A DNA stretch of 63,921 nt, the filler included. It is 5 parts of 5 records of this genome, joined end to end, with 100 filler letters (N's around TTAATTAATTAA, not from the genome) between each part and the next. Parts side by side here need not be neighbours in the genome. Positions count along the whole stretch, not along the records: positions 34,935 to 51,379 come from DRR723986_4857; 4 more parts are not named here. One strand, 5' to 3'. Shown one piece after another: positions 38,330 to 47,181 of this stretch (position 1 is its first letter; every line of letters begins with the position of its first letter). The notes under the pieces were generated by a model. That model worked only from the letters and a program-made list of their open reading frames with translations, was not told the DNA's origin and did no database searches. The position numbers and the translations under genes are program-made.

Positions 38330-39604
38330 ATGACTGACAAAACCAACTCCAAGACGCCGGGTCTTTCCAGGCGTTCCCTCTTGAAAGCAGGCTTCGCCGC
38401 AGGCGCCGTTGCTGGCACGGCAGGTGCCGCGCGCGCGGCCGGCGATCCATTGATCACCGAGATACAGGACTGGAACCGATACCTCGGTGACGGTGTGCAG
38501 GCGCGCCCTTATGGCACGCCGTCGGAATACGAGGCCCATGTGGTCCGCCGCGACGTGGAGTGGCTGACGGCCTCCACCGAGAGTTCGGTGAACTTCACAC
38601 CGCTGCACGAGCTGGACGGCATCATCACGCCCAATGGCCTGTGTTTCGAGCGCCACCACGGCGGCATTGCCGACATCAATCCTGCAGATCATCGGTTGAT
38701 GATCAACGGTCTGGTCGACAGCCCCCTCGTCTTCACCATGGAAGACCTGAAGCGCTTCCCGCGCGAGAACCGGGTCTACTTCCTGGAATGTGCCGCCAAC
38801 TCCGGCATGGAGTGGCGTGGCTCCCAGCTCAACGGCTGTCAGTACACCCACGGCATGGTTCACTGCGTGATGTACACCGGCGTGCCGCTGAAACTGATCC
38901 TGGAAGAGGCTGGCCTGAAGACCAACGCCAAATGGGTGATGCCGGAAGGCGCCGATGCCTCGGCCATGACCCGGTCCATCCCGATGGAAAAGGCCCTCGA
39001 CGACTGCCTGGTCGCCTTCAAGATGAACGGCGAGGCTCTGCGTCCCGAACAGGGTTATCCGCTGCGCCTGGTCGTGCCCGGCTGGGAAGGCAACATGTGG
39101 GTGAAATGGCTGCGCCGGATCGAAGTCGGCGACGAACCCTGGCACCAGCGCGAGGAAACGTCCAAATACACGGACCTTCTGGAGAACGGCAAGGCCCGCC
39201 GCTTCACCTGGGTGATGGATCCCAAGTCCGTCATCACCTCGCCGAGCCCGCAGGCCCCGATCAGCCACGGCAAGGGACCGATGGTCATCTCCGGTGTCGC
39301 CTGGTCTGGCAACGGACGGATCAAGCGGGTGGATGTGTCGCTTGATGGCGGCCGGAACTGGAAAACCGCCCGCCTCGACGGCCCAAGCCTGTCGAAAGCC
39401 ATGCACCGCTTCTACCTCGACATCGACTGGGACGGCTCGGACATGCTGATCCAGTCCCGCGCGATGGACGAGCACGGCTTCTTCCAGCCGACCAAGAACG
39501 AGCTGCGTGCCGCCCGCGGCGAAAACTCGATCTACCACAACAACGGCATCCAGACCTGGTATGTCAAAGCAGACGGAATGGTGGAAAATGTCGAAGTTTC
39601 TTAA
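38330..39604 (+). CDS. soxC: Sulfane dehydrogenase molybdoprotein SoxC
   Basis: Tat motif SRRSLL; FERHHGG, LECAANS, EQGYPLRLVVPGWEG, YHNNGIQ. Confidence 0.96.
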   Translation: MTDKTNSKTPGLSRRSLLKAGFAAGAVAGTAGAARAAGDPLITEIQDWNRYLGDGVQARPYGTPSEYEAHVVRRDVEWLTASTESSVNFTPLHELDGIITPNGLCFERHHGGIADINPADHRLMINGLVDSPLVFTMEDLKRFPRENRVYFLECAANSGMEWRGSQLNGCQYTHGMVHCVMYTGVPLKLILEEAGLKTNAKWVMPEGADASAMTRSIPMEKALDDCLVAFKMNGEALRPEQGYPLRLVVPGWEGNMWVKWLRRIEVGDEPWHQREETSKYTDLLENGKARRFTWVMDPKSVITSPSPQAPISHGKGPMVISGVAWSGNGRIKRVDVSLDGGRNWKTARLDGPSLSKAMHRFYLDIDWDGSDMLIQSRAMDEHGFFQPTKNELRAARGENSIYHNNGIQTWYVKADGMVENVEVS

Positions 39605-40709
39605 AGCCCTCAGCCTTGGAACCATCATTGCCACCCTGCCCCTGCTCGCCGCAACGGCCCATGCGGGCGATGCCGAAAAGGGCGAAAAGGTCTTCAAGAA
39701 ATGCGCGGCCTGCCACGCGGTCGGGGAAGGTGCGAAGAACAAGGTCGGTCCGGAACTGAACGAGATTTTCGGCCGTACCGCAGGATCGCTTGAGGACTAC
39801 AAGTATTCCAAGGCAATGATCGAGGCCGGTGGTGGCGGGCTCGTCTGGGACGAGGCAACACTGACGACCTATCTGACCAAGCCCAAGGACATGGTCAAGG
39901 GCACCAAGATGGCCTTTGCCGGTCTGAAGAAGCAGGAAGACCTGGACAACGTGATTGCCTATCTGGCCACCTTCTCCAGTGCTGCTGCTCCCGCCGACCA
40001 GCAGGGCGCCGCAGAACCTGTGGCCACTGAAACGGAAACCGCCAGCGCCGACACGGCAGCGAAGGCTCCAGCCGTACCAGTGTCCGAAGTCCGTGAAGGT
40101 GGCATCTTCGGCCTTGGCCGTGTGGCGACGGAAGACGAGGTCGCCGCTTGGGACATCGACGTTCGCCCAGACGGCAGCGGCTTGCCGGAGGGCTCCGGTA
40201 CGGTGGCCGATGGCGAAGTGCTGTTCACGGACAACTGCGCCGTCTGTCACGGCGATTTTGGCGAAGGTGTCGGCCGCTGGCCGGTTCTGGCCGGTGGCCA
40301 GGACACCCTGACCGAGGAACGCCCGGAAAAGACCATCGGCTCCTACTGGCCGTATCTGTCCACGGTCTACGATTATGTCCGCCGCGCCATGCCCTACGGC
40401 AACGCCCGTTCCCTGTCGGATGACGACGTTTACGCGTTGACGGCCTATCTCCTTTACCTGAACGACATCGTCGAGGATGAGGACTTCGAATTGTCGAAAG
40501 ACAACTTCCTGGAGATCCGTCTTCCCAACGAGGAAAACTTCATCGCTGACGATCGCGCCGAAGAGCCGCATTATGCTGCCAAGGCCGAACCCTGCATGAG
40601 CGACTGCAAGGACAGCGCGGTCGAGATCACCATGCGCGCCCGTATTCTCGACGTGACCCCGGGATCCGTCGACGACGACGAGGCCTCCGGCATGGGAGGC
40701 GTCGACTGA
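39588..40709 (+). CDS. soxD: Diheme cytochrome SoxD (c2-like domain N-terminal, SoxD core C-terminal)
   Basis: CAACH and CAVCH; FGLGR....EVAAWDIDVRPDG, KTIGSYWPY, PCMSDC; 17-nt overlap with soxC. Confidence 0.9.
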   Translation: MSKFLKALSLGTIIATLPLLAATAHAGDAEKGEKVFKKCAACHAVGEGAKNKVGPELNEIFGRTAGSLEDYKYSKAMIEAGGGGLVWDEATLTTYLTKPKDMVKGTKMAFAGLKKQEDLDNVIAYLATFSSAAAPADQQGAAEPVATETETASADTAAKAPAVPVSEVREGGIFGLGRVATEDEVAAWDIDVRPDGSGLPEGSGTVADGEVLFTDNCAVCHGDFGEGVGRWPVLAGGQDTLTEERPEKTIGSYWPYLSTVYDYVRRAMPYGNARSLSDDDVYALTAYLLYLNDIVEDEDFELSKDNFLEIRLPNEENFIADDRAEEPHYAAKAEPCMSDCKDSAVEITMRARILDVTPGSVDDDEASGMGGVD

Positions 40710-40796
40710 CATCGTTTTGCGGCAGCGGCCCGTGAAAGAAAGGCCGCCCGCGCAAGGTCGCCGCAGGATATCCTGCGGCGTTAGGAGGAGGAAACG

Positions 40797-41240
40797 ATGG
40801 GAATGTTTTCAAGACTGGCAGTGGCCGCTTCGGCCCTGCTGATGTTTGGCTCTGCCGTATTGGCAGGCGACGGCATCCACAAGCTTGCCCTGCAGATCAG
40901 CGACAATGATCCGCAGAAGATGAACACAGTGTTGAACGTCGCGTCCAATGTGGCGCGCCACTACTCTGAAATCGGCGAGGAGGCCGATATCAAGATTGTT
41001 GCCTTCAATGCGGGCCTGCACATGTTCCGGGCGGATACGTCTCCCGTTTCGGACCGCATGAAATCCTTCGTGGAAAGCATGCCGAATGTCGCCTTCGAGG
41101 CCTGCGACAACACCCGCCAGGCCATGGCCAGGAAGGAAGGCAAGGACATCGAGTTTCTGGAAGGTGTCGAAGTCGTTCCCGCTGGTGCCGTCACTCTGAT
41201 GGAGCTGGACGAAGACGGCTACACCATCCTGCGGCCCTAG
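40797..41240 (+). CDS. Periplasmic DsrE-family protein
   Basis: Signal peptide; LALQISDNDP..MNTVLN; FEACDNT; VVPAGAVTLMEL..DGY.ILRP. Confidence 0.8.
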   Translation: MGMFSRLAVAASALLMFGSAVLAGDGIHKLALQISDNDPQKMNTVLNVASNVARHYSEIGEEADIKIVAFNAGLHMFRADTSPVSDRMKSFVESMPNVAFEACDNTRQAMARKEGKDIEFLEGVEVVPAGAVTLMELDEDGYTILRP

Positions 41241-41435
41241 ACAGTCACAAGACCCGCCGTGCGGACAGTTACAAGGTCCGTACGGCTTCGTCCCTTTCGG
41301 CATGTAGCCCGCCGGAACGCCCGGTTTTTGCATTTCCGCAATCAATTGTCAGCCGTTGCAGGTCTTTCTTTTGCACGAAGCATTCGCGTCCGGCATCGGA
41401 CGGACTTGCTTTCCCACACCCTTCTGCCTCAAATG

Positions 41436-41460
41436 GGAACCAGCAGCAGTTCTAGGCGTT
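41436..41460 (+). promoter_or_regulatory. EcfG-dependent promoter of the Crp/Fnr gene
   Basis: GGAAC-N16-CGTT. Confidence 0.8.
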
Positions 41461-41491
41461 TTGATGGATTGCCAATGGAGATGCCATTTGA

Positions 41492-42238
41492 ATGACCGAA
41501 ACAGTCCCGTTTCAAACCAATTGCCAAACCTGCCCCCTGAGACGGAAATCCGTTTTCCGCTCGCTGGAAGACAAGGAACTGGACTTCATTTCGGATTTCA
41601 AGACCGGTGAACTGACGGTCGAAGCCGGAGCAACCATTGTTCAGGAAGAGAACAAGAGCCCGCATCTTTACACCATTCTGGATGGCTGGGCCTTTCGGCA
41701 CAAGGCTCTGGCGGACGGCCGAAGGCAGGTATTGAACTTTGCCCTTCCGGGCGATCTTGTCGGCCTTCAGCTTGCCGTCCTGAACGAGATGCAGCACACG
41801 GTCACCGCCCTTACCGACACCACTTTGTGCGTCTTTCAGCGCGACAGGGTCTGGTCGATCTTCAAGGACTACCCGAGCCTGGCCTTTTCAATGACCTGGA
41901 TCGCAGCCCGTGAGGAACAGATCCTGGACGGGCACATCATCAGCCTCGGTCAACGTTCTGCCCTGGAACGGCTCGCCTATCTCATCCTGCATCTTTACGA
42001 CCGCGCAGAGACCATCGGCTATGCGAGCAATCAGGCGCTGGATGCACCGTTTTCCCAAAGTCACCTGTCAGATGCGCTTGGCATCACACCGGTTCACACC
42101 AGCCGTACGCTCCGCAAGCTTCAGGAAAAGGGGCTGATCAGCTGGGCCAAGGACCGCATCCGGATCCTGGACAGGGATGCTCTGGAAAAACTTGCCTCAT
42201 ACGAGAGCATGGCCGATGAGTGCCGCCCGCTCATCTGA
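41492..42238 (+). CDS. Crp/Fnr-family transcriptional regulator
   Basis: N-terminal CQTC; DGRRQVLNFALPGD; SLGQRSALERLAY; LSDALGITPVHTSRTL HTH. Confidence 0.92.
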   Translation: MTETVPFQTNCQTCPLRRKSVFRSLEDKELDFISDFKTGELTVEAGATIVQEENKSPHLYTILDGWAFRHKALADGRRQVLNFALPGDLVGLQLAVLNEMQHTVTALTDTTLCVFQRDRVWSIFKDYPSLAFSMTWIAAREEQILDGHIISLGQRSALERLAYLILHLYDRAETIGYASNQALDAPFSQSHLSDALGITPVHTSRTLRKLQEKGLISWAKDRIRILDRDALEKLASYESMADECRPLI

Positions 42239-42296
42239 GCGGCGGCCGACATCTTCACGTTTGCTTGAAAGGCATCTTCCAGCGAAAACGAGCGCG

Positions 42297-42701
42297 TCAG
42301 ATCAGGGCGCCGATCTGCGCTTTTGTGTAGGGCTTGCTCAGGACCACCTGCCCCTCGAACGCCGTGGGCAGCGGGTCGAGATCGCTGTAACCGCTGGCGA
42401 AGATGAACTTCGTCCCCTTTTCCAGCAGCTGGCTGGCGAAAGCCAGGCTGGTATCGTCGCCGATCTTCACATCCAGAATAGCAAAGCTGAACAGCTGAGC
42501 TGCCAGTGTTTCCGCCGCTTCCGCAAGATTTGCGAGCGTCTGTACCGGCGAGAACCCGAGCTCTTCCAGCATCATCTGCGTATCGAGCGCGATGATCGGG
42601 TTGTCTTCGACAACCAAGGCAGGGCCGCGCGGCACTGGCGCGGTGATGTGGGTTTCCGTTGTCACGAGGGTTCTCATCGTCAGACTGTTGACCATCTGCA
42701 C
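42297..42701 (-). CDS. Single-domain response regulator, SdrG/MrrA-like (start uncertain)
   Basis: LVVEDNPIIA, AILDV, FIFASGY (FATGY-type motif), LSKPY. Confidence 0.85.
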   Translation of the reverse strand: MQMVNSLTMRTLVTTETHITAPVPRGPALVVEDNPIIALDTQMMLEELGFSPVQTLANLAEAAETLAAQLFSFAILDVKIGDDTSLAFASQLLEKGTKFIFASGYSDLDPLPTAFEGQVVLSKPYTKAQIGALI

Positions 42702-42844
42702 GATGACACGAAATCAAATGCCCCGCATTAACATAAGTTATCGGGTCGATTGATTTTCCACTTTGATGTCAGCCTCTTCTGTTGTCGCAAACAAACGTGA
42801 AACCTTTTCTTAACTCGGGAGTTTACTAGGCGGAGGTAGACACC

Positions 42845-43150
42845 ATGTTCACGCATCGCAAACGAATTCCGACCAACGCCCCTACGGCAATCGCCATTGC
42901 CGCCCTTCTGGCTTCCAGCCTGATTGTGGCAGAACCCCTTTTCACCAATGAAGCGGGTGCGGAAACCGCTCACAACAGCAACACGCCCGCGCCGGTAGAA
43001 GTCGAACAGAAGGCCGCTCCCAAAGGCGACCTGAAGGTTGAGCTTGCCGACGTGCATGGCCGCCCGATGCGCTGTGTTTCCGGCACGCGCGTAACCACCT
43101 GTACCGGCTGGCCGATCTCCCACGGCATGCTGGCATTCAATTCCGAGTAA
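42845..43150 (+). CDS. Small exported hypothetical protein
   Basis: GGAGGT RBS; hydrophobic N-terminus; PKGDL motif; two Cys; terminator follows; GAAAC-N16-AGTT upstream. Confidence 0.65.
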   Translation: MFTHRKRIPTNAPTAIAIAALLASSLIVAEPLFTNEAGAETAHNSNTPAPVEVEQKAAPKGDLKVELADVHGRPMRCVSGTRVTTCTGWPISHGMLAFNSE

Positions 43151-43174
43151 AGAGTTCATGACGCACAATCGTTG

Positions 43175-43206
43175 AAAAGCCGCCTTTCCCAGGCGGCTTT
43201 TATTTT
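43175..43206. terminator. Bidirectional intrinsic terminator
   Basis: AAAAGCCGCCT-TTCCC-AGGCGGCTTTT-ATTTT. Confidence 0.8.
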
Positions 43207-43470
43207 GCCTTGATCCATGACGAGCGACACTACGCCGCTGGAATGGCCCCAACCGGCAAGCATTCTGGCAACTGACAAATTGTCCGTTTGGCCTGATAAG
43301 AACCTAGAACCGGCGCCACCCTCACCCACGACATAGGCCAATTGCGTCCTGGAATGTCACCTCCACCCGCTCCTGAAAGAGGAACACGGCCACAACCTTA
43401 ATCCCGCGGGTATCAGGGCGCCGGCATGGGTAGCATTTGTCATCTTCGGGGTTCGCAAGGCGTGCGATTG

Positions 43471-44619
43471 TCAGTGAGATGCGCCGGGCTCGGGCTCGGG
43501 CTCGGGCTCAGGTTCGGAACGCCCCGGCTCTTCGGACTGAGCTGTGTTGTTGATGATCTCCAACACACTGACCACAACCAGCAGCAACGGCACGGCTATG
43601 AATCCGCCGATCGGTCCCCACAGCCAGATCCAGAAGGCAATTGCCAGGAAAACCGCAAAGGGGTTCAGCGTCATCGTCCGGCCGAGAACGGTTGGTGTGA
43701 CGAACTGCGCTTCGATCAGGTTGAGAACCAGATAGGCCAGCGGCGGCGTCAGGATCTCCACAGGCGTGTACCCCGTCGCAAGTCCGATACCGCTCATCAC
43801 CAGGACCATGATCGCCGGCCCCAGATAGACGACGTAGTTCAAGACGCCGGCCAGCATTCCCCACAACAGCGGCGAGGGAACATCGAGCAGCCACATGGTC
43901 AGCGCCACGGCCACGCCGAGCCCCGCGTTGATGACGCTGATGGAGATGAGATAGGTGGAAAGGCGCGCTTCGATCGTCCGAAACGCGGTCACGATGCAGC
44001 GCCTGCCTTCACTGTCGGGAGACAACTGGAGCGCAGCCCTGCGCAGATGCGGGCGTGTCAGCAGAAAGAAATAGAGACTTGCCAGGAACAGGACCACCTG
44101 GGCCATGAAGGCCGGTGCGAAATAGAAAACGCTTTCTACCGCGGAATTGTCGTCGACACTCACCTGCATGCCGCCCTTCTGGCCCATGGCACTGCGAAGG
44201 TCTTCCTGCAGGCTCGCGACAGACGAAAAGAACCCCTGCCAACTGACCAGCTGCGCCTGCAGCCGTGACCAGATGAGCGGAAGCCTGTCGAGCCAGTCCG
44301 ACAGCGGTACGACGAAAGCCGCCCCGGCGGTCAGGATCAGCGCGATAAAGACGAGCACCATCCCCCCTGCAGAGAGCCAACTCGGCACGCCCAGGCGAGA
44401 CAATCTTTCCATGGGAAGTCCGAAGATCGTGCCGACAACCACCGACAGGAAAACCGGTGCGAAAAACACTTGGGCAAGATCAAGGGAAGCAATCACCACG
44501 ATGCCACACAGGATGGCCGCCGAGTAGCGGACAACCGGGTCCGATCTGACAACCTCGCCCACTGTTACGGGGGGAACAAGTCCTGTTACTGCGGGTCGGT
44601 CTGGCTGCGCTGTCATCAC
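43471..44619 (-). CDS. AI-2E family transporter
   Basis: Multi-TM; LNYVVYLGP, IEAQFVTPTVLGRTMTLNP..VFLAIAFWIWLWGPIGGFIAVP; EP tail from a GGGCTC x4 repeat. Confidence 0.9.
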   Translation of the reverse strand: MMTAQPDRPAVTGLVPPVTVGEVVRSDPVVRYSAAILCGIVVIASLDLAQVFFAPVFLSVVVGTIFGLPMERLSRLGVPSWLSAGGMVLVFIALILTAGAAFVVPLSDWLDRLPLIWSRLQAQLVSWQGFFSSVASLQEDLRSAMGQKGGMQVSVDDNSAVESVFYFAPAFMAQVVLFLASLYFFLLTRPHLRRAALQLSPDSEGRRCIVTAFRTIEARLSTYLISISVINAGLGVAVALTMWLLDVPSPLLWGMLAGVLNYVVYLGPAIMVLVMSGIGLATGYTPVEILTPPLAYLVLNLIEAQFVTPTVLGRTMTLNPFAVFLAIAFWIWLWGPIGGFIAVPLLLVVVSVLEIINNTAQSEEPGRSEPEPEPEPEPGASH

Positions 44620-44658
44620 TGTTTGCTCCGGTGGCCGGCAAGAAGGCGCGGCAATGGG

Positions 44659-45087
44659 TTAGCCGCGCTCTTCGTCACCTCGTGCCTGCGCTGCCAGAAA
44701 GGCCAGACCGCCCAATGCGGCGGTGATCATCAGGCCTTTTGATTTTGTGAGCTGTGGCAGAACGGAAATGGCAGCGGCCAGGCCCAGTCGCTGCGCGGCC
44801 TGACTATGCGCCTTGCGTCTTCGGTCCTTGTGCTTCAGGAAACTGAGCACCGCCACGAATACCAGTCCCGTTACGGCCATGAAGACGGCAATCAGCAAAG
44901 CCGCCATCGCAGGGCCGAACACCGGCGCCAGAAAGGCGCCGGCTGCCACCACGCCGGCCACATAGGCTGTCGCGAAACAGACTGCCGCAATGCCGCCCAA
45001 CACGGCATTGCGCTTGGCACGGTGAACCATGCCATTGAAGTCTCGCGAAACAGCCCCGAAGGCCAGCGGTAGGGCGCGCAGGAGCAT
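44659..45087 (-). CDS. Small membrane protein (holin-like/YqjE-like)
   Basis: Two TM helices; translationally coupled to the DUF883 gene. Confidence 0.7.
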   Translation of the reverse strand: MLLRALPLAFGAVSRDFNGMVHRAKRNAVLGGIAAVCFATAYVAGVVAAGAFLAPVFGPAMAALLIAVFMAVTGLVFVAVLSFLKHKDRRRKAHSQAAQRLGLAAAISVLPQLTKSKGLMITAALGGLAFLAAQARGDEERG

Positions 45088-45431
45088 CAGCGGCGCACCA
45101 GCGCTGCAATCAGGAAGCCGACACCGGCGGCAATGCCGATCGACTGCAGCGGACGACGGCGCACTTCAGCAACGAAGGCGCGTTCGTAATTCTGCAGCTC
45201 AGCAGACAGATCGCTCAAGGCGTCCTGGGACAATTTGGTCAGATCCTGCCCTGCTTCGGCGGCCTTGGTCTTGTATTCATCCGTCTTGCCGGCGCCGTAC
45301 TTCTTCAAGGAGCCGGCGAGAGAGGCAATATCGCCGCGAATGCGTTCGATGTTTTCCTCGATCTCACGAGCGCTAACGGTGTCATTGGCAGGATTGGCGG
45401 TCGATGCCGTGGCAGTCTTCGCAGTTGCCAT
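45087..45431 (-). CDS. DUF883 / ElaB-YqjD family tail-anchored protein
   Basis: C-terminal VRRRPLQSIGIAAGVGFLIAALVRR. Confidence 0.88.
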   Translation of the reverse strand: MATAKTATASTANPANDTVSAREIEENIERIRGDIASLAGSLKKYGAGKTDEYKTKAAEAGQDLTKLSQDALSDLSAELQNYERAFVAEVRRRPLQSIGIAAGVGFLIAALVRR

Positions 45432-45559
45432 CTTGTCGCTCCTGTTTTCAATCGCGTGAAGCCCTGATGACGGGCGACACGCATCGCGTGAATGGGATCA
45501 AGCCCGGAATTCGGACACTTGGACACCGCGCTGAACCAAATTGCGCGGTCTGGCTTGTA

Positions 45560-45584
45560 AACGGCCTTGCGCTCATTTGGTTCC
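45560..45584 (-). promoter_or_regulatory. EcfG-dependent promoter of the DUF883 operon
   Basis: Minus strand GGAAC-N16-CGTT. Confidence 0.8.
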
Positions 45585-45631
45585 AGACAACACAGCATGA
45601 ATTGTTGCAGCGGCGTCTTCACGGCTGTCCG

Positions 45632-45892
45632 TCAGCCGCGCAAAGCCTCGATCAGATCGGATTTGTTCATTGAAGACCTGCCGCTGATGTCGAGCTCCTG
45701 TGCCCTTTCATAAAGCGCATCCCTGGTCCAGGCTTCATAAGGTGCGGCCTTGCCACCCTTGCGCGACGGCGCTTGGTGGTCGTTTGCCTGCGCATTGGCA
45801 ATTCTCGCCGACTTTTCCTTGCTGTAGCCCTTGTCGCGCAGGGCGTCGTAGGTGTCTTCCTTCTTGATGCTGGAGCTGTTTTTGGAAGCCAT
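45632..45892 (-). CDS. Small basic stress protein with Rho-N-like C-terminal motif
   Basis: YDALRDKGYSKEKSARIANA; YEAWTRDALYERAQELDISGRSSMNKSDLIEALR. Confidence 0.85.
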   Translation of the reverse strand: MASKNSSSIKKEDTYDALRDKGYSKEKSARIANAQANDHQAPSRKGGKAAPYEAWTRDALYERAQELDISGRSSMNKSDLIEALRG

Positions 45893-45948
45893 GCCCGTGT
45901 CCTTTCATTTGCTGTTCCGCTGTTTTCAAAAAACAACCTCAAATGAAA

Positions 45949-45974
45949 AACGCCGTCTCGCGCGGGATCGTTCC
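45949..45974 (-). promoter_or_regulatory. EcfG-dependent promoter
   Basis: Minus strand GGAAC-N17-CGTT. Confidence 0.75.
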
Positions 45975-46251
45975 AATATCTTTTCGATGAAAGGACTGGA
46001 TAGAGAACTTTATAATGACGTGATAAAAATGAACTATGCCGCCCGGAAGCTCAGACTTATGAAAAATACAAATGCTATTCTTGAAATAATTTCAGATCAC
46101 ATTTTCCATACTGTCAAAAATCGAAATATTTTCAAAAACATGGAACTGAGGACGAGCTGAAGACTTTTCCTATCGAACGTCCGGGCCACGCTCTTGTCAG
46201 CAGCACACCCGGACACATCGATCGCCAATCGAAAGCACGAAAGGAAGAACT

Positions 46252-46767
46252 ATGTCGACGTCTCAGGTTCTGAACATCGAAACCCCGAAGGTCGACCCGA
46301 TCAAGACGGGTGTTTCTGCCGAGGTGCGCGAACAACTGGCGAAGCATCTCTCGGTCATTCTGGCCGAAACCTACATGCTCACGGTGAAATCGCACCTTTA
46401 TCACTGGAACGTTGTTGGACCGCTGTTCAAGTCGATCCATGACCTCACCGAAGAGCACTATGAAAATCTCTTTGCCGCGACAGACGACCTTGCCGAGCGC
46501 ATTCGTGCCCTTGGACACCGGGCGCCGGTGAATGTCGACGAAGGCAAATTGAACCTGACCGTCAGCCTGCCGGCCGGCGGTATGCCCAATGCCTTCGAAA
46601 TGATCGAGGATCTGGTTCGCAGTCATGAAATGATCGCTGCCGAAATGCGCGACATGGCAGCCTACGCCGGTGACAATAGCGACCCGGTGACGGAGGATCT
46701 TCTGACCCAGCGCATCACGTTCCACGACAAGGCAGCCTGGATGCTGAGGGCCGTCATTACCGAATGA
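46252..46767 (+). CDS. dps: DNA protection during starvation protein
   Basis: HLYHWNVVGPLFKSIHDLTEEHY...DDLAERIRALG...HDKAAWMLRA. Confidence 0.95.
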   Translation: MSTSQVLNIETPKVDPIKTGVSAEVREQLAKHLSVILAETYMLTVKSHLYHWNVVGPLFKSIHDLTEEHYENLFAATDDLAERIRALGHRAPVNVDEGKLNLTVSLPAGGMPNAFEMIEDLVRSHEMIAAEMRDMAAYAGDNSDPVTEDLLTQRITFHDKAAWMLRAVITE

Positions 46768-46879
46768 CCGTTCCTCACCGGCATCCCGGATAACTTGCAA
46801 GACGACAAAGGTCCGTCTGCCGCGAGACGGCAGGCGGCCTTTGGCGTATGCACCAACTCAGTTTCAACCGTGTGATACC

Positions 46880-47113
46880 ATGATCAGCGTATCGAAACGA
46901 TTTGCCGGGTTCCGGACGCCTGCAAGCGTCCTGGAAGACCGGCACCTGTCGAATGAGCAAAAGCGGACAGCCTTGCTGGCCTGGCGGGCCAGCCTGCGCA
47001 AGGCACCTCGGGCAATTTCTCGGGACGGCCGGTCTCCTGCCGAACTGATCGAAGAAATCGACGAGGCCCTGAAGGCGCTTCGCCGCGAAAAGACTTCGCT
47101 CGGCAAAGGGTGA
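46880..47113 (+). CDS. Small hypothetical protein
   Basis: FRTPASVLEDRHLSNEQKRTALLAW...EIDEALKAL, resembling small proteins seen in stress islands. Confidence 0.55.
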   Translation: MISVSKRFAGFRTPASVLEDRHLSNEQKRTALLAWRASLRKAPRAISRDGRSPAELIEEIDEALKALRREKTSLGKG

Positions 47114-47181
47114 TAAAGCTTCGTCGTCGCAGGACATAAAGCACCTCTCCCGGCCCTGCCTGCAGTAAACGGCATGGGCGC

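Noticed and set aside
37955-39742. 595-aa minus-strand ORF
   Set aside because: Antisense to soxB/soxC/soxD; explained by codon bias
43156-43341. 61-aa minus-strand ORF
   Set aside because: Runs through a terminator hairpin and has no recognisable motif
46142-46167. EcfG promoter for dps
   Set aside because: GGAAC is present but followed by ACTT/CTTT rather than CGTT at 16-17 nt
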